64,000 bases of DNA from Lama guanicoe (lineage: Eukaryota), in assembly GCA_013239625.1 (NCBI GenBank), contig MU053559.1, positions 2,586,324 to 2,650,323 of the forward strand. Direction: 5' to 3'. Under the pieces are notes generated by a model. It worked only from the letters and a program-made list of their open reading frames with translations. It made no database searches and was not told the DNA's origin. Every line of letters begins with the position of its first letter. The stretch's first letter is position 1. Of the stretch, positions 25,055-37,009 are shown piece by piece. Both the position numbers and the translations under genes were made by a program.

Positions 25055-25300
25055 GACTAAGTAGCAGCAAAATGGTGTAGGGTACAGCCTCTGGAGCCTT
25101 GAATGCCACTTCTTCGGTTCCTGGCTGTGTGACGTTGAGCAGATTGCTGAAGTTCTCTGTGCCTCGGTTTCCTCATCTGCGTGGTAATAACGGCACTGAC
25201 CTCGTAGGTTGGTTGAAATGTTTAACTGAATTGATGCACATGAAGTGTTTAGCAAAGTGGCTGCTAAAGTGATTCAGAAACGTGTATTGCTATTATTTTT
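25055..25300 (+). mobile_element. MIR SINE
   Basis: ggctgtgtgacgttgagcag...tctctgtgcctcggtttcctcatctg...aagtgtttagca. Confidence 0.75.
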
Positions 25301-25328
25301 ATCTAAGAAAGCCCCCTAGTTGTAAATC

Positions 25329-25640
25329 TGTTGCCGACTCCAAACTCATTCGGCTTGCCTCACGACAGGCCAATAAATCGGGAGACGAGCTGTTGGCGCA
25401 AGGAGTAGCGACTTTATTCGGAAAGCCGGCAGACCGAGAGGACGGCAGACTGATGTCTTGGAGAACCATCCTGCTCTAGTCAGAATACAGGCTCCTTTTA
25501 TACAAAAAACAAGGGAGGGGGTGTGGTTGGTTGTTGTAAACTTCTTGCTGCAGGCATTCTTTGTTCTTGCAGCCGCCCACGTGGGCAGGTCATGGTGTCC
25601 CTGCAAACCTCCAACAAAACAAAGGTTATTCTCTATTACA
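25329..25640 (-). mobile_element. CpG-rich ERV1-type solo LTR in DIPK2B intron 1
   Basis: TG...CA ends, exact 4-bp TSD AATC (25325-25328, 25641-25644); minus-strand TATAAAA (25496-25502) and AATAAA (25413-25418). Confidence 0.85.
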
Positions 25641-26118
25641 AATCCTTAGTCTCGGGCCCTGAGGCAGGGTGGTGGTGACGGGGAAGTTGAACCCCATGAA
25701 CAAGAGCAGATGGAGGAAACAGACAGGCCCTCCTGGAGGCCCTAGGCCCTTCCTTACCCTCCTGGGGTGGGGGAGGATCATTTCCCATGGTTATCCTAAA
25801 AACTGCAGTAAAATTGCCTCCTTGCAAGTTTTCCGCGTTTGGTCTTTTTAAACAGATCTGTGGCCATGTCCTTGCACAGAATTCTTTGTGCCTCCTTCCA
25901 CTGCGGTTTGAACAGTCCTGCATTGCAGAAGGTGCTTACTGACAGCTTCTGTGAGAGCCCTTTCTTTGAAAAGCTTACAGTCTCTTAGGGTAACCGTGTC
26001 ATAGAAGCGAGGACAAGAGACCATCTAGGGCTTAGAAATAATCAAAATGCTCATTCTTATAAAACTCATTATTACCAGCTTGCCCAGTAATGCCCAATGA
26101 TAGGAATTTAAAGATTCC

Positions 26119-26259
26119 TTTTTTTTTTAATTGAGGGGGAGGCAATTAGGTTTATTTTTAAATTTTTCATTTATTTATTTTAATGGAGGCACGGGGGATT
26201 GAAGCCAGGACCTTGTGCATGCTAAGCATGCGCTCTACCACTGAGCTATACCCTCCCCC
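26119..26259 (-). mobile_element. Vic-1-like SINE
   Basis: Full body; TSD core GAATTTAAAGA at 26104-26114 and 26262-26272. Confidence 0.92.
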
Positions 26260-26732
26260 AAGAATTTAAAGAATCTTATTGAAACTAAATACACAATATA
26301 TCTTATGAGCCTAATGTTCATTTGCACTCTAACCCTCAGTTATTAATAATAATGCAGATAAACATTTTCTTAGTAATTTTTCATACATGAATCAGAAGAT
26401 TCGGCATTCTTCCCTGATGGAAATTTCAGTGCACAGCTGAAGGAAAGACTGGAGAAAAGGGTCAAGGTGGAGCTTAGAAAAATCATCAGATGCTAATAGG
26501 CAGTACCTCTCCCCTGGCCGGGCTATTGGGTGGAATTAAACATCCCCTGGATCCCAGATAGCTTTGAATTCGGCGACCCTTTGACAGCCACTGTTCCCTG
26601 AGACTTGGTTGGTACTGATCACTTAAATCTTTGGGCCGAAAGTAAAATTGATGGGGCTGTTTGGGTTCGGATACGGAGAGGCAGAACTCTCCCCAGTGCA
26701 GGCCGATAAGCATCTTCAAGAACCAGGGTTTT

Positions 26733-26812
26733 GGGGGGAGGGTATATAGCTCAGTGGTAGAGCCCATGTTTAGCATGCACGAAGTCCCAGGTTCAATCTC
26801 CAGTACCTCGGT

Positions 26813-26857
<45 letters not shown>

Positions 26858-26918
26858 CCCTCCCTCCCCCCCCAAAAAACCAGAATTGTTACCTGAATCT
26901 TTATTAAAGAAAAAAAAA
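26733..26918 (+). mobile_element. Vic-1-like SINE with (TAAA)n microsatellite
   Basis: A/B boxes, ~10 TAAA units at 26815-26857, degenerate TSD aagaaccagggtttt / aagagctatggtttt. Confidence 0.9.
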
Positions 26919-27116
26919 AGAGCTATGGTTTTAAGACCTCACAAAAAGAGTTTGGACCACCCCCATCTAAAGAGAAAAAAATGGATCAGACCAGATGTTG
27001 TCCCCCGTCTCCCCATCCCTGGGCTGTGCTGGCTCCGGCACTGTGACTGGGCCCTGCTGAGTCCCTGCTCCCTCTCTCTGGCTCCCAGGCTGATCCGCAA
27101 AGGGCTATTCTTCCAG

Positions 27117-27381
27117 GTTTGATGAGCGGCTGGACTCCCACCTCGGATTGCGTCCGGACGACTTGCCGTCTTACCCTGCCAACTACTCCGATGATTCCAA
27201 AACCTGGCGCCCTGTGGAGGTCTCGAGGCTGGTCAGCAAACACCAAAACGAGATCTCGGACCAGAGAATCTGTGACTCCGCAGCTGCCCCCAAGACCTGC
27301 AGCATCGAGCGCGTCCTGCGGAAAACAGGGAGGTTCCAGAAATGGCTGCAGGCCAAGCGCCTCACACCGGACCTGGTGCAG
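27117..27381 (+). CDS. DIPK2B: DIPK2B coding exon 2
   Basis: Acceptor ttcttccag|G; restores AG+G = Arg then FDERLDSHLGLRPDDLPSYPANYSDDSK...KWLQAKRLTPDLVQ; donor CAG|GTGAGT at 27382; 265 nt; contains NYS N-glycosylation sequon. Confidence 0.96.
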
Positions 27382-27829
27382 GTGAGTGTCCCGGTCGCCG
27401 GAGCGAGGGTGAGATCCACTCCCGGCTCCGGGCTCAGTCTGTCTGGGGAAAAGGAGTTGTAGCCTGTCTTCAGTGGGACAAAACGATGCCGTGAAACAGA
27501 GTGGCTTGTGACAAGACGGGGACCAAACAGGTTTAGAGATAGGGACCCTTCCTACTGTCATTCTCCATTCTCTCGGCGACTCGTTGGGGAACAATTCCTA
27601 GCTGCCACTTCTGGTCTGAAGATCTAATGGATGATCCTCACCCGCCTTCCCCTTGCCCTCCCCCCTCCACAAGGCTTAGCTCATCTATGACATTCTGGGG
27701 GAGGGGGGAGCTTTGCCAACCCCTCAACTGTGCCCACTCTCATAAGCTCCCATATACCTCCTGTTTCACAATAGAGACCCCACTTTGAAAACCGGCTGCT
27801 TCTTTGATCTCCCACCATAAAGAAGAACC

Positions 27830-27988
27830 ATTCAGTATCTCGTAATAACCTATAATGAAAAAGAATAGGAAAAAGGGAAAGAATCTGTATATGTATATAT
27901 ATGTATAACTGAATCACTATCACTATTCTGTACACCTGAAACTAACACAACATTATAAATCAACTATACTTCAATTGAAAAAAAAAAA
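27830..27988 (+). mobile_element. Short LINE-1 3' end
   Basis: gtaataacctataatgaaaaagaata...caactatacttcaattg-poly(A); degenerate TSD aaagaagaacca / aaagtagagcca. Confidence 0.8.
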
Positions 27989-30116
27989 GTAGAGCCAAAC
28001 TTCAGTCATTGCAGAAGCAGACTCTGATAACATGGCGCCCTCTGCCCATCGGAGAGCTCCCACCCACTCCCACGAGTAGGCTGCCTTCAGAACTTCAGCG
28101 TGTTGCCAGTATCATCTGTCTTTCATCCAAACCATCATGTACCTCCACACATATCCAGCTGGGCCCCTTGGGACAGAAGATGTCACCTCAGAGGATTGAG
28201 GAGCTGCTCACCTTCAGCGAAGATGAGAAAGGAGAGGCTCACCTCAATCTCCCTGCCATGATGAGGCTGGAGGATTTGGCATCCCTCAGGGGCATGCCAA
28301 GGCCATTTCTTGAACTTCCTAGGCCACTCGCCCCTTCACATATGCACGTAAGGCCGCCCAGGTAACTTCTGAGCACTAACAGACCTTCCCCTTGGCCTCT
28401 TCAAGATGAGTAATGCAGAACAAAGAAAAATCACTGGTCCCTAGATATCTCGACCATGTGGCTTTGCTCTAAGTTTGTGTGGAAACTGCTTTGAAACCAA
28501 GAGGAATCGAGCTGCCGGTGACATGGTCATCATCTGACATTGAGCTTTCCAGGGTGGTCCTTTTGTACTTTGCACTCTATGAATCTCACTGGCATGGAGT
28601 GGGGAGAAGATGAGCCAGGGGAAGTCAAGCTACTCCCAGGCTGGGGAGATGGTGGCAGGACCCAACTTAAGGGTCTCTGAGTTGGTATGGGAGATAGGAA
28701 GTGGAGGTTCCGGTGGGAGGAACCCTATGGGGGCTGCAAAACCCTGGGCAGAACCAGAGGACAGAGACAGATATCAAAGCCCGCACCGTGGTACACAGCC
28801 TAGGTGTAATGCCTTTACGCCTCTCTTCCTGCACCTGCAGACAGACGACCCTCCATGCACTGGCCTGGGTACCCAGCATCTGCCATTCTTAGGCTGCCCA
28901 CAACTAGTCCTGAGGCATGAGAAGGAGCAATAAGAGACCTCCTCTGCTTTGCTTCGAACACGTGCTCAGGAATAAAGAGAAGTCTTCAGGAAGAGCAAAA
29001 CAAGATATACACAAGGCACTGTTTCAGAACCCCTTGAAAATCCCATCACCTCTTCTTTCCCCCACTGTTATCAGGTCCCACCCTGGAGGGCACAGTTCTC
29101 CCAAGGCCCTGGCCCCAGACTCCCTCCACCTGGGACCTGGACCATGTACCAAAGGACAGAACTTACTGGTTGGTGCACAAGATACACTTGAGATTTTACA
29201 GAAAGTGGCTAGACCGGCCTTGGGCTTTGAGCTAAGGGAACCTCCCCCTTTCCTTCATTTTCTAGACACTTCCATAATACAGTAGGGATTATCCCAGGGG
29301 GGCCTAGAAAGTCCAAAGCAACCTGCCGGGTACATCTAGTGTCACCTACCTTGATGAGTAGAGACATTGTGATAGAGGCAAAAGGTCCCCGGAGCCTGGA
29401 AACCGTGGTTGAGTCCTGGCTCAGCCACTAAAAGCTGTGGCAGAACACAAAGGAGCAGTGATCCAGGAGGAGCAAAGAGCTTCTGGTTCCTGTTCACCCA
29501 TGCAGCAAGTTCCAATGCTGCACTCTATCCTAGGGACACAAAGAGGAATCAGGTGCAAGCTCCGCCCCCTCCAAGAGCATGTGGTCCAGTGATGAGTACG
29601 GACAAGAACACAAAGCACAGCGAAGTGTTATAGTGGATGTTGTGACGACAGCCTATACAGGGACAAAGGACAGACTATTGACTTGGGTCCTTCACTCACT
29701 GACCAGTTGACCTTGCATGTAAGCCTAGGACTTCCCCACTCTGCCGCGACACCCTGTGTTGGGGGGAAGGCAGCTGGATAATCTCAAAGGGCCTCCCAGT
29801 TCTGACATTCTTTGACTTGGTATGACTCTGTTTCACTTATTTAAGGAACCCTAATCCTATCACCAGGCACTGTGCTGGGTGCCTTGATTTCCTGTTTCTC
29901 AAAAGGCAGGAAGCAGTGCCTGCTTTATCTTGCTCCACTCATCCTAGTGGGCTTATCGATATGAAGATGCTTTAGAAAAAGTCCAGCACCAGAGAAATGC
30001 ATGGCAGTGCTATTGTCATCAGCAAGTCCCTTTCTTCAGTTTGTTGCGCTAAAACTTGCTCTATGGATTCTGTCATCTTGCATTAACATACAGTGAAACA
30101 AGCTCTCCTTCTTTCT

Positions 30117-30281
30117 TTTTTTTTCTAACTTAAAAAATTTTTTTAATTTATTTTTTATGGGGAGGTAATTAGGTTTATTTATTTTTTTAATTTAATTTTT
30201 TCAGCAGAGGTAGTGGGGATTGAACCCAGGACCTCGTACAAGCTAACCAGGCACTCTACCACTGAGCTATACCCTCCCTGC
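30117..30281 (-). mobile_element. Vic-1-like SINE
   Basis: 18-bp TSD caagctYtccttctttct at 30099-30116 and 30282-30299. Confidence 0.92.
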
Positions 30282-30834
30282 CAAGCTTTCCTTCTTTCTG
30301 GTAAAAAAAAAAAAGCATCCATTAACAGCATGCTGTTAAACATAGCCAAAGCCATAACCATGTTCTTTCTTTTCTCTTCTTTTTTTTTTTTTTTGCAGGG
30401 TGTGGGGGGAGGCCTCTCTTTGCCCATCTTTTCATCCCCACCAGAGATTTTTCCTTTCCTTCTAAAACCCAGAAAAATATCAGCAGTCATTCTATAAATT
30501 TTGGACAAACCCCTTCTTCTTCCATCCACCAAGCTCAAGGTCATTGCTGTCCCATTTTGGCAACGTCTCCTCCCTCTCCTGTCCTCCTTTCCAGAGACCC
30601 TCTGTCCTTAGGATCCCAGAGCATATGCAAGATGCTCTACACCTTTTCCCTCCCGGACCTCAGCCAGGCAGCCCCCAAACTCCTGCTCGTTTCTTCTTAG
30701 CAAAACTCACCTATCAAACAGTTTTGAATGGGTCCATCATCACCAAAGAGGGGGGGGAGGGAAAAAAAAACTTCACCTATTTATTCAAGAGAGATGAAAA
30801 CAAAAATTTTTAATTTTTAATTTTAATTTTAAAA

Positions 30835-31355
30835 AAGAGAGGTGAAAACAGGTGTGTGAACAAAAACTTGGATGTGGGTGTTTATTATGTTATTATTCAC
30901 AATAGCCAAAAGGTAAAAACCCAGATGTCCATCAACGGATGAATGAATACACATAATATGTTATAGCCACACAATGGAATACTATTCAGCCATGAAAAGA
31001 AAGGATACATGCTACAGCATGGATGAACCTTGAAAACATCATGCTAAGTGAAAGAAGCCAGATGCAAAAGGACAAATATTGTATGATTCCATTTATAGGA
31101 AATATTCAGCATAGGCAAGTCCACAGAGACAAAGAGCAGATTAGTGGCTGCCAGGGGCTGAGGGGAGGGGAAAATTAGGAGTGACTGTTTAACGGATACA
31201 GGATATCTTTTGGGGATGATGAAAAATTCTGAAATTAGATAGTGGTGATAGTTGCCCAACCTCGTGAGTGTACTAAAAACCGCTGAATTTTACACCTTTA
31301 ATGGTCAAGATGGTGAATTTTATGTGATGCAAATGTTAACTTAATTAAAAAAGGG
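30835..31355 (+). mobile_element. LINE-1 3' end (L1MB-like)
   Basis: cagatgtccatcaacggatgaatg...ggatgaaccttgaaaacatcatgctaagtgaaagaagccag...ctgaaattagatagtggtgatagttgc. Confidence 0.8.
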
Positions 31356-34300
31356 AAAAATAAGCCATTAAAAGAAACATCACCAACCCTGTGACTCCAT
31401 TCTCGTAGAGCCCTGGGAGGGGATGAGCAGCTAATTTAATCATTTAATTCATGCCAAGATGTTAAAAGCTAATAGCATTTCACTGTTAGCCCTCCATGAA
31501 GCCATTTGTGTGTAAAGCCAATATTGTCACGCTCCCACTAACCCATCCCATGACTGTCTCAGACTTTCCTAATACATCCCTGCATTATTCCCCCCGCTAA
31601 ACCCAGATGTGGCCCCAGATTCCTTTTCAACAGCATTCCAAGCAAGCAGCCTCTGCCATGATCGCAACTAAGCTATGAAGCAAAATCGATTTCTGAGTGA
31701 CTATTCATCCCAGATTTGGCCACATTTTTTTCTGATTACCCTATTTTTCTGATAACCTCTCAGACATGAAGTCCTCGTTTCTAATTTGGAAATTATGATA
31801 TTTCTCTATCAATATGGGAGTTTCAGGAACCCCAGTGGAGAGAGATTGTAGGATGGACCGTACAGAGACTCGCCTCATCCCTCAACTCATAACAAATAGC
31901 CCAATGCCAACTCAGCCTACCAGCTGCACCAGCCCCCGGGGAATCCTCTCGGCTCGTGACTTAAGTGTGTTTTCTTTGATTTCCTCAAGAGCCATTTTCC
32001 ATCAGGGATCTAGGCCAAGGCCCTCAAGTGTGAGTCTTTGAGCGTGGATGTGATGATGTGTGTTTGGAGGAGGCAGAAGGGGCCACAAAAAACTCACAGG
32101 TTGGCTCGGAGAACTGGCAAGGCAGAAGAGGGGAGAAACCATCAAAGAAATAAAAGAAAATCGAAGGCAGGAGGGATCTGACTTGTGCAGGGGCCTCACA
32201 ACCTTGATTGGCAGTCCTTGGATGAAAAGCCTCCGTGATCGCCAGCAAAGGCTGAGCCAGCGAGTCTGGGGCCTGCCTCCTGCAAAGCCAAGTGCGGCTT
32301 TGTATTAAGAACCTGCTCTTGAGCCGCAAGTAAAGGGCTGCTGAGGAGACGGGACAGGACCAGGTATCAGCAAGAGGGTGGAACAGTGCAGTGTGTATTG
32401 CTTATGTGTGTGTGTGTATGTGTGTGTCCCCCTAATGCTAATAAAACCATGACTTTTCTCCTCTAAAAGCTGCATTGTTCTGATGGGAATATCCCACCAG
32501 CCTAAATTACTAGCCCACAAACACAGTCACCGCCAAGAACAGCACCCAGAGTTTATCACGATGTGCTTGTTCACAAAATCACAAAGAGGGTTTCCTCTGC
32601 CAAACGCAAAAAGGCCACCACCCTCAGCAGCACGTGGCTAATCAGAGGAAAACAGATATCCTCGGTCCAGTCCCCCTCCCACCCCCTCAACTGCCAGCCG
32701 CTACTGACGCGATATTGACGCGCTACTGACGTTGTTAATATCCAGACCCTGTTTCTTCCTCACGCGGGAACCGGCTGGATGGCCCTGAAGACTTTCGTCC
32801 CACTAGATGGTGGTAGAGAGTGTTAGGCAGCTTTGTTTAAACGAGGATAGCTAGTAATTTTACTTCCTCAGGCTCGATTTTTTTTTTTTAACATAGATAC
32901 AATAAGGAAAATAAGCAAATTAACCAAAATGCACGTTAAGCATTTTAATCAGAATACAGCTTTAGAGGTAACTGTGAAACAAATAAAATACACTTTTGTT
33001 TAAATTTAATTCAAAAATATGTAAGGGGTATTTGCAAGATATATGCTAGGCTCTAGGAGGGTATAAGGGTTTCGAGACAAGGTCCCTGATCTTGGAGATG
33101 ACACCCCAGTGAGGGAGACAGACCGTATTCAACTCATCCTGTGATACCAAGACAGGTTATGATAAAGTGTTTGAATGAAGATGGAAATTTTATATTGAAG
33201 TCACAACTAGTTTTCAGACTATAAATATTTTAATCCTTCACAAACTACCAGGTCAAGGACCCTTCGAAAGAGTTGCATTTGTTTTAAAAATAATAACATG
33301 GTTATAACGATGCTGAAAGGAAAACAGCTGATTGGTAACTGTAACATTTTCACACTTATCTAATGCTGGAGTCAAAGAGGAAATGACTATTGGTGGAAAA
33401 GGAAATTTAAGCAACTAAAGGGGCCCTCACACAGGGCAATATTCCCAGGACATCAGTGCACATCCTTGGGCTGAAAGGTCTCCAGAAAATAGAGCCCCTT
33501 CAGAGGTACACTGTGACTGTGAGCTCATGAGACTTTGCTCCCCGAGACCCTTGGCAAATAGTCACGGTGCATCTCTTTTGTTGTCATGGGAGTTTCAGGA
33601 GTCAACTGGAAAGAGGTTACGGCAGGGATGTGAACCATCCCCCAACCTCCAGTCCATTTCTCCTTCCAATCATAGAATTGTTGAGAGTTGAAACAACTAA
33701 GACTTGAAATTGTGGGATTTGTTTAGGATTAAAACCACAGAGACTTTGTCATCACTGGCATTTGTGGCAAAGGGATTATTTGGAATGGGACAGTGACTGA
33801 ATTATTCATCTCCCGATCTCCATTGTATCATAAACTCAAGGAAAAAGGATTCATAGGTCATCCAGACTGTCCTCTAAAATGACTCCTAAATTATTCTTGA
33901 TGGATCTCATGAGTGAAAAGGAGATAGTGAAAGGTTTCCCCAGCCTTGACACAGGCAAGTTGGGAAAGAAAAAGGAGGCAAGAGATGACCGAGGGAAGGT
34001 ATACGTGAGATGAGTTTGCCAGTGGGTCCTCCAAATGAGTCTCAAATGCAGAATAGAGGCAGCCCCCAGCCAAAGCATCACTGAAGCCTGGTTAATCACC
34101 AAGACGGACCATCCAGAGCCAACTGTGTCTTCATGGGGCTTTAGCTTTCCCTGAACTTAGATGTTAGCCAACCAAGCTCCTTCTTAAATAAATCAAGCCA
34201 TCCTTTGTTCTTTCTATGATTGTTTTCCTTGCTATTGCGATGCACTCGGGAACAAGTGGTTTTGCTAGAGCATGACTTGGCTCAGTGTCCTGGGGATCGG

Positions 34301-34919
34301 CGATGCCTCTATGTGTGTCCACATAATATGAAGTAAACAGAGGTTAAACTATATAGTATATAACATATTTATAAAGATATTGACTTGAAAAATTAATGAT
34401 AGAAATAATTGATATATTGGTTACATTCTAAAAATTGTTTATCGGACCACAAAAACAGCCAATATATTTTAAAAAGTAGAAATATCAAAGACCATTTTCT
34501 CTGATTAAAAGTCAATAAAATCAGACATTAACAATAATTTTTTAAAAAAAGCAGAGGGGAGAAATCCCCAGGACCTACCAAACCAGGAATTTAAAAACAT
34601 TATCTTTTGAACCACAGAGCAAATAACTGAAATTGTAATCATCTCAAGAAAGTAACAATGATGAAAACTCTATCTATCCACAATCTATGATTTACCTTTG
34701 CCAAATCGCTGCTCAGAGGAAAACTGGAAGTCAATTCAGTGTTGTGTTAGGCAGCTATCAATATAAGTTTGGTCGTTAATGGGGAGGGATAATACAAAAA
34801 GATATCAAAATGGGGAATTGCATGTCAATTTGGTCCTAACATAAGACAGCAGACCACAGAGCAATGTATCAATCTGTTAAAGATCAAGAAAGGTTTCTAC
34901 CCACTAAACCATACATATA

Positions 34920-35990
34920 TCATAGATTCTTGGAGTTGACAGAATCTTGAAAGCTCACCAGTTCAAACTCTCAAAATATTTGCATCCTTTGCCCTACAGA
35001 AAACTTACTGCCTTCAGAAACAGTCTATTCCTTCTTTGAACCAAATGGATCGTTAGGAAGTTCATCTCAGATCTGTCTTCTTGTAGCTTTCACTCATGTA
35101 AATTATCAAATCATTCCTCCTCCTTGGAGTTACATATGACATTTACCCCTCCCATATATTCACCTCCTAAAATTCTGACTTCCCAATCGAAATATTCCCA
35201 GTTCTCTTTCCCATCTTGGTCATCCCCCTCACATTGATACATACTAAAAGTTATGTCAGCTAAAACCCCTTCTACAGCGAGATTTTAGTTTTCAGGGACA
35301 GAACCATTTATTTATCCCATTAAATATGATCTTCTTAGATTAAATCCATCACAGCAGCCTGTCAACTTGAATGTGCTACTGATAGTTACTGTCAACCCAA
35401 CTACACATCATGTTCAATTTTGATGAACACAAGTTTTATCTAGGTCGTAGACATTAATAAAAACATTAAACAGAACAGGGCCACCTGAAACTAACATTGT
35501 ACATCAACTATACTTCAATAAAAAATTTTTTTAAAAAAAGAACAGGGCCAAAGAGAAAACCTTCTTGCTCTGTAAGGATTAGGCCATTCATTGTTAGGTA
35601 AACTCAGTTAACCAACTAGTAATCATCTTAATTTTCTACGCAGTCAAAATCTTACTTCCACATCTCCTTTAAGAGTTATCACTAGAGTTACCATTGAATG
35701 CCTCACTAAAGTTATATAGTCCTTAAGTCGATTGCATGTCTGATAAAAAGTCAAATAACCAGCTCAAAGAAAAAAAGTTAAGTTAGTCTAGAATGATTTG
35801 GTTAAATGAATCCTCAGTAAGTACTTAAGAGCATCACGTTTTTTTCCTAGAGAGGAAAATCATCCTATTAATACCGTGTCTTAGAGTATTTCCTATGATC
35901 CAATAACTGGTAAAAAAAAAATCTAACCTCTTGCTCCTCTGAATATCAGCAATGGATTTTCATGCCTTTTCTGTTCTCTGCTTTCACTGC
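34920..35990 (-). mobile_element. CR1/L3 LINE remnant
   Basis: catagattcttggagttgacagaatcttgaaagctcaccagttcaa resembles the L3 end; aaaacattaaacagaacagggccaaag resembles the L3 RT region. Confidence 0.5.
35484..35538 (+). mobile_element. 55-bp LINE-1 3' tail insertion
   Basis: Perfect 12-bp TSD agaacagggcca (35472-35483, 35539-35550) around cctgaaactaacattgtacatcaactatacttcaataaaaa. Confidence 0.85.
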
Positions 35991-36618
35991 CCAAGATTCA
36001 GAAGTATCGTTCACAAGGTCTCTGTGACTATTCCAGGTGGGGAAACTCATTCCGAACAATGAAGGCTTGCTTTCTGCAGTCTGATGTCCCATTCCTGTTC
36101 GCCACTTGTTTGCTCCACCCTTTTCAAATCAAAGGTCCAATACCTGTCAAAGTACACAAGCAAACATTAAGAATGAAAACTGGTACCAAGGTCAACTTCA
36201 GAGGCAGTGGAAAATCTTAGTACTATTGAATTAGAAGTTAAAAATATTACTAGGAAGAAAACATTGGTCCCAGGTGGCTTAACAAGTGAATTCTACCAAA
36301 CATCGAAGAAAAAGGTAATCCTTATTTTTATAGTACATACACTGGAAATATAACTCAACGATGCATTTTAAGAAGCTTGCTGGATGCTGATTCCAAAATG
36401 AATAAAACCAGTGTATGAAGGGTAGACTCAGAGGCCAATCTCTCACTCATTAACATCAATGCAAAATTCTCCCTTCAAATATTCCTACGACAAATTCAAT
36501 AGCCTATATGAAGTGATTATGATTGAGTTCGGTTTAGCTCAGAAATGAGAGATTGATTTTACATTTGAAAAGTGAATAATGATTTATAATATTAACAGAT
36601 TTGAAGACGAAAAGCCGG

Positions 36619-36772
36619 TGGGGGAGGTTGTAGCTCAAGTGGTAGAGTGCATGCTTAGCATGCACAAGGTCCTGGGTTCCATCCCCGGCACCGCCATTAA
36701 AGTAAATAAATAAATAGACAAGCTTAATTACCTCCTTACCCTCCAGATAATAATAAAATTAAATAATTAAAA
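36619..36772 (+). mobile_element. Vic-1-like SINE within an old L1 ORF2 remnant (~36150-36900)
   Basis: A/B boxes; TSD aagacgaaaagcc / aagaagaaaagcc. Confidence 0.88.
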
Positions 36773-37009
36773 AAGAAGAAAAGCCATAATGATTATCTCT
36801 TTTGATTCAGAAGTAAAAAGCATTCAATAATAATTCATAATTTAAAAATAGGAGATAGCAATAAAATTACAAAATACAAAACAAAACTGAAGAAAAAAAA
36901 AGAATGAAAATTGGACCTTCATTCTGTTACCCACCAAAATTCTCCCCATGAGCCCTTTCAAAAGGCCTTTAGTGTCTTTGCACCCTATGCTTTGTAAAAT
37001 ACAGCATTT

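Noticed and set aside
26986..27594. 202-aa antisense ORF over exon 2
   Set aside because: GC-rich shadow of the coding exon; non-ATG start and no recognisable protein.
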